Below, piece by piece: positions 63,993 through 64,000 of a DNA stretch of 64,000 nucleotides. This DNA is from Escherichia phage vB_EcoM_VR20, in the sequence record NC_028894.1; one strand, 5' to 3'. Every line of letters begins with the position of its first letter. Position 1 is the stretch's first letter. The position numbers and the translations under genes are program-made. The notes beneath the pieces are model-generated. The model worked only from the letters and a program-made list of their open reading frames with translations, was not told where the DNA came from and ran no database searches.

Positions 63993-64000
63993 ATGGAACC
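63993..64000 (+). CDS. 5' end of next gene (holin t in T4 order), truncated by window
   Basis: ATG 7 nt after AAGGAG; only 8 nt inside the window. Confidence 0.3.

Overview
This window is a T4-like (T-even, Tequatrovirus-type) myovirus genome segment running from the 3' part of gene 17 (large terminase) to gene 38 and the start of the next gene. The plus strand carries the late structural modules: 18, 19, 20, 67, 68, 21, 22, 23, 24, then uvsW, baseplate hub 51-27-28-29-48-54, and tail fibre 34-35-36-37-38. The minus strand carries the early and middle modules: rnlB, hoc, inh, uvsY, 25, 26, alt, DNA ligase 30, the 30.x cluster, rIII, 31, cd, pseT, spanins, alc, rnlA, denA, nrdB, nrdA, td, frd, 32, 59, 33, dsbA and rnh. 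Gene identities come from recognisable protein sequences in the supplied ORF track (close to T4 proteins recalled from memory) plus T4 synteny; no database search was run. Late promoters (TATAAATA) sit in front of plus-strand late genes, GTTTAC-N17/18-TATAAT early promoter cassettes with GGAG/GAGGA ribosome-binding sites sit in front of minus-strand early genes, and GC-rich tetraloop hairpins with T-runs mark terminators. No tRNA, CRISPR array, intron or homing endonuclease was recognised. Departures from the T4 layout as I recall it: a tandem second copy of gene 24; a stand-alone paralog of the Alc N-terminus; a crowded frd-32 interval with a paralogous small-protein family, one member of which has a +1 reading-frame break at a prfB-like UUU-UGA site; a 21-codon hydrophobic micro-ORF coupled between two genes; a NADAR-like protein; and a T2-type gp37/gp38 adhesin module. 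Caveat: my base-by-base reading disagreed by 1 nt with the ORF track in at least two places, so hand-derived coordinates may be off by 1-2 nt; where they conflict I followed the track.
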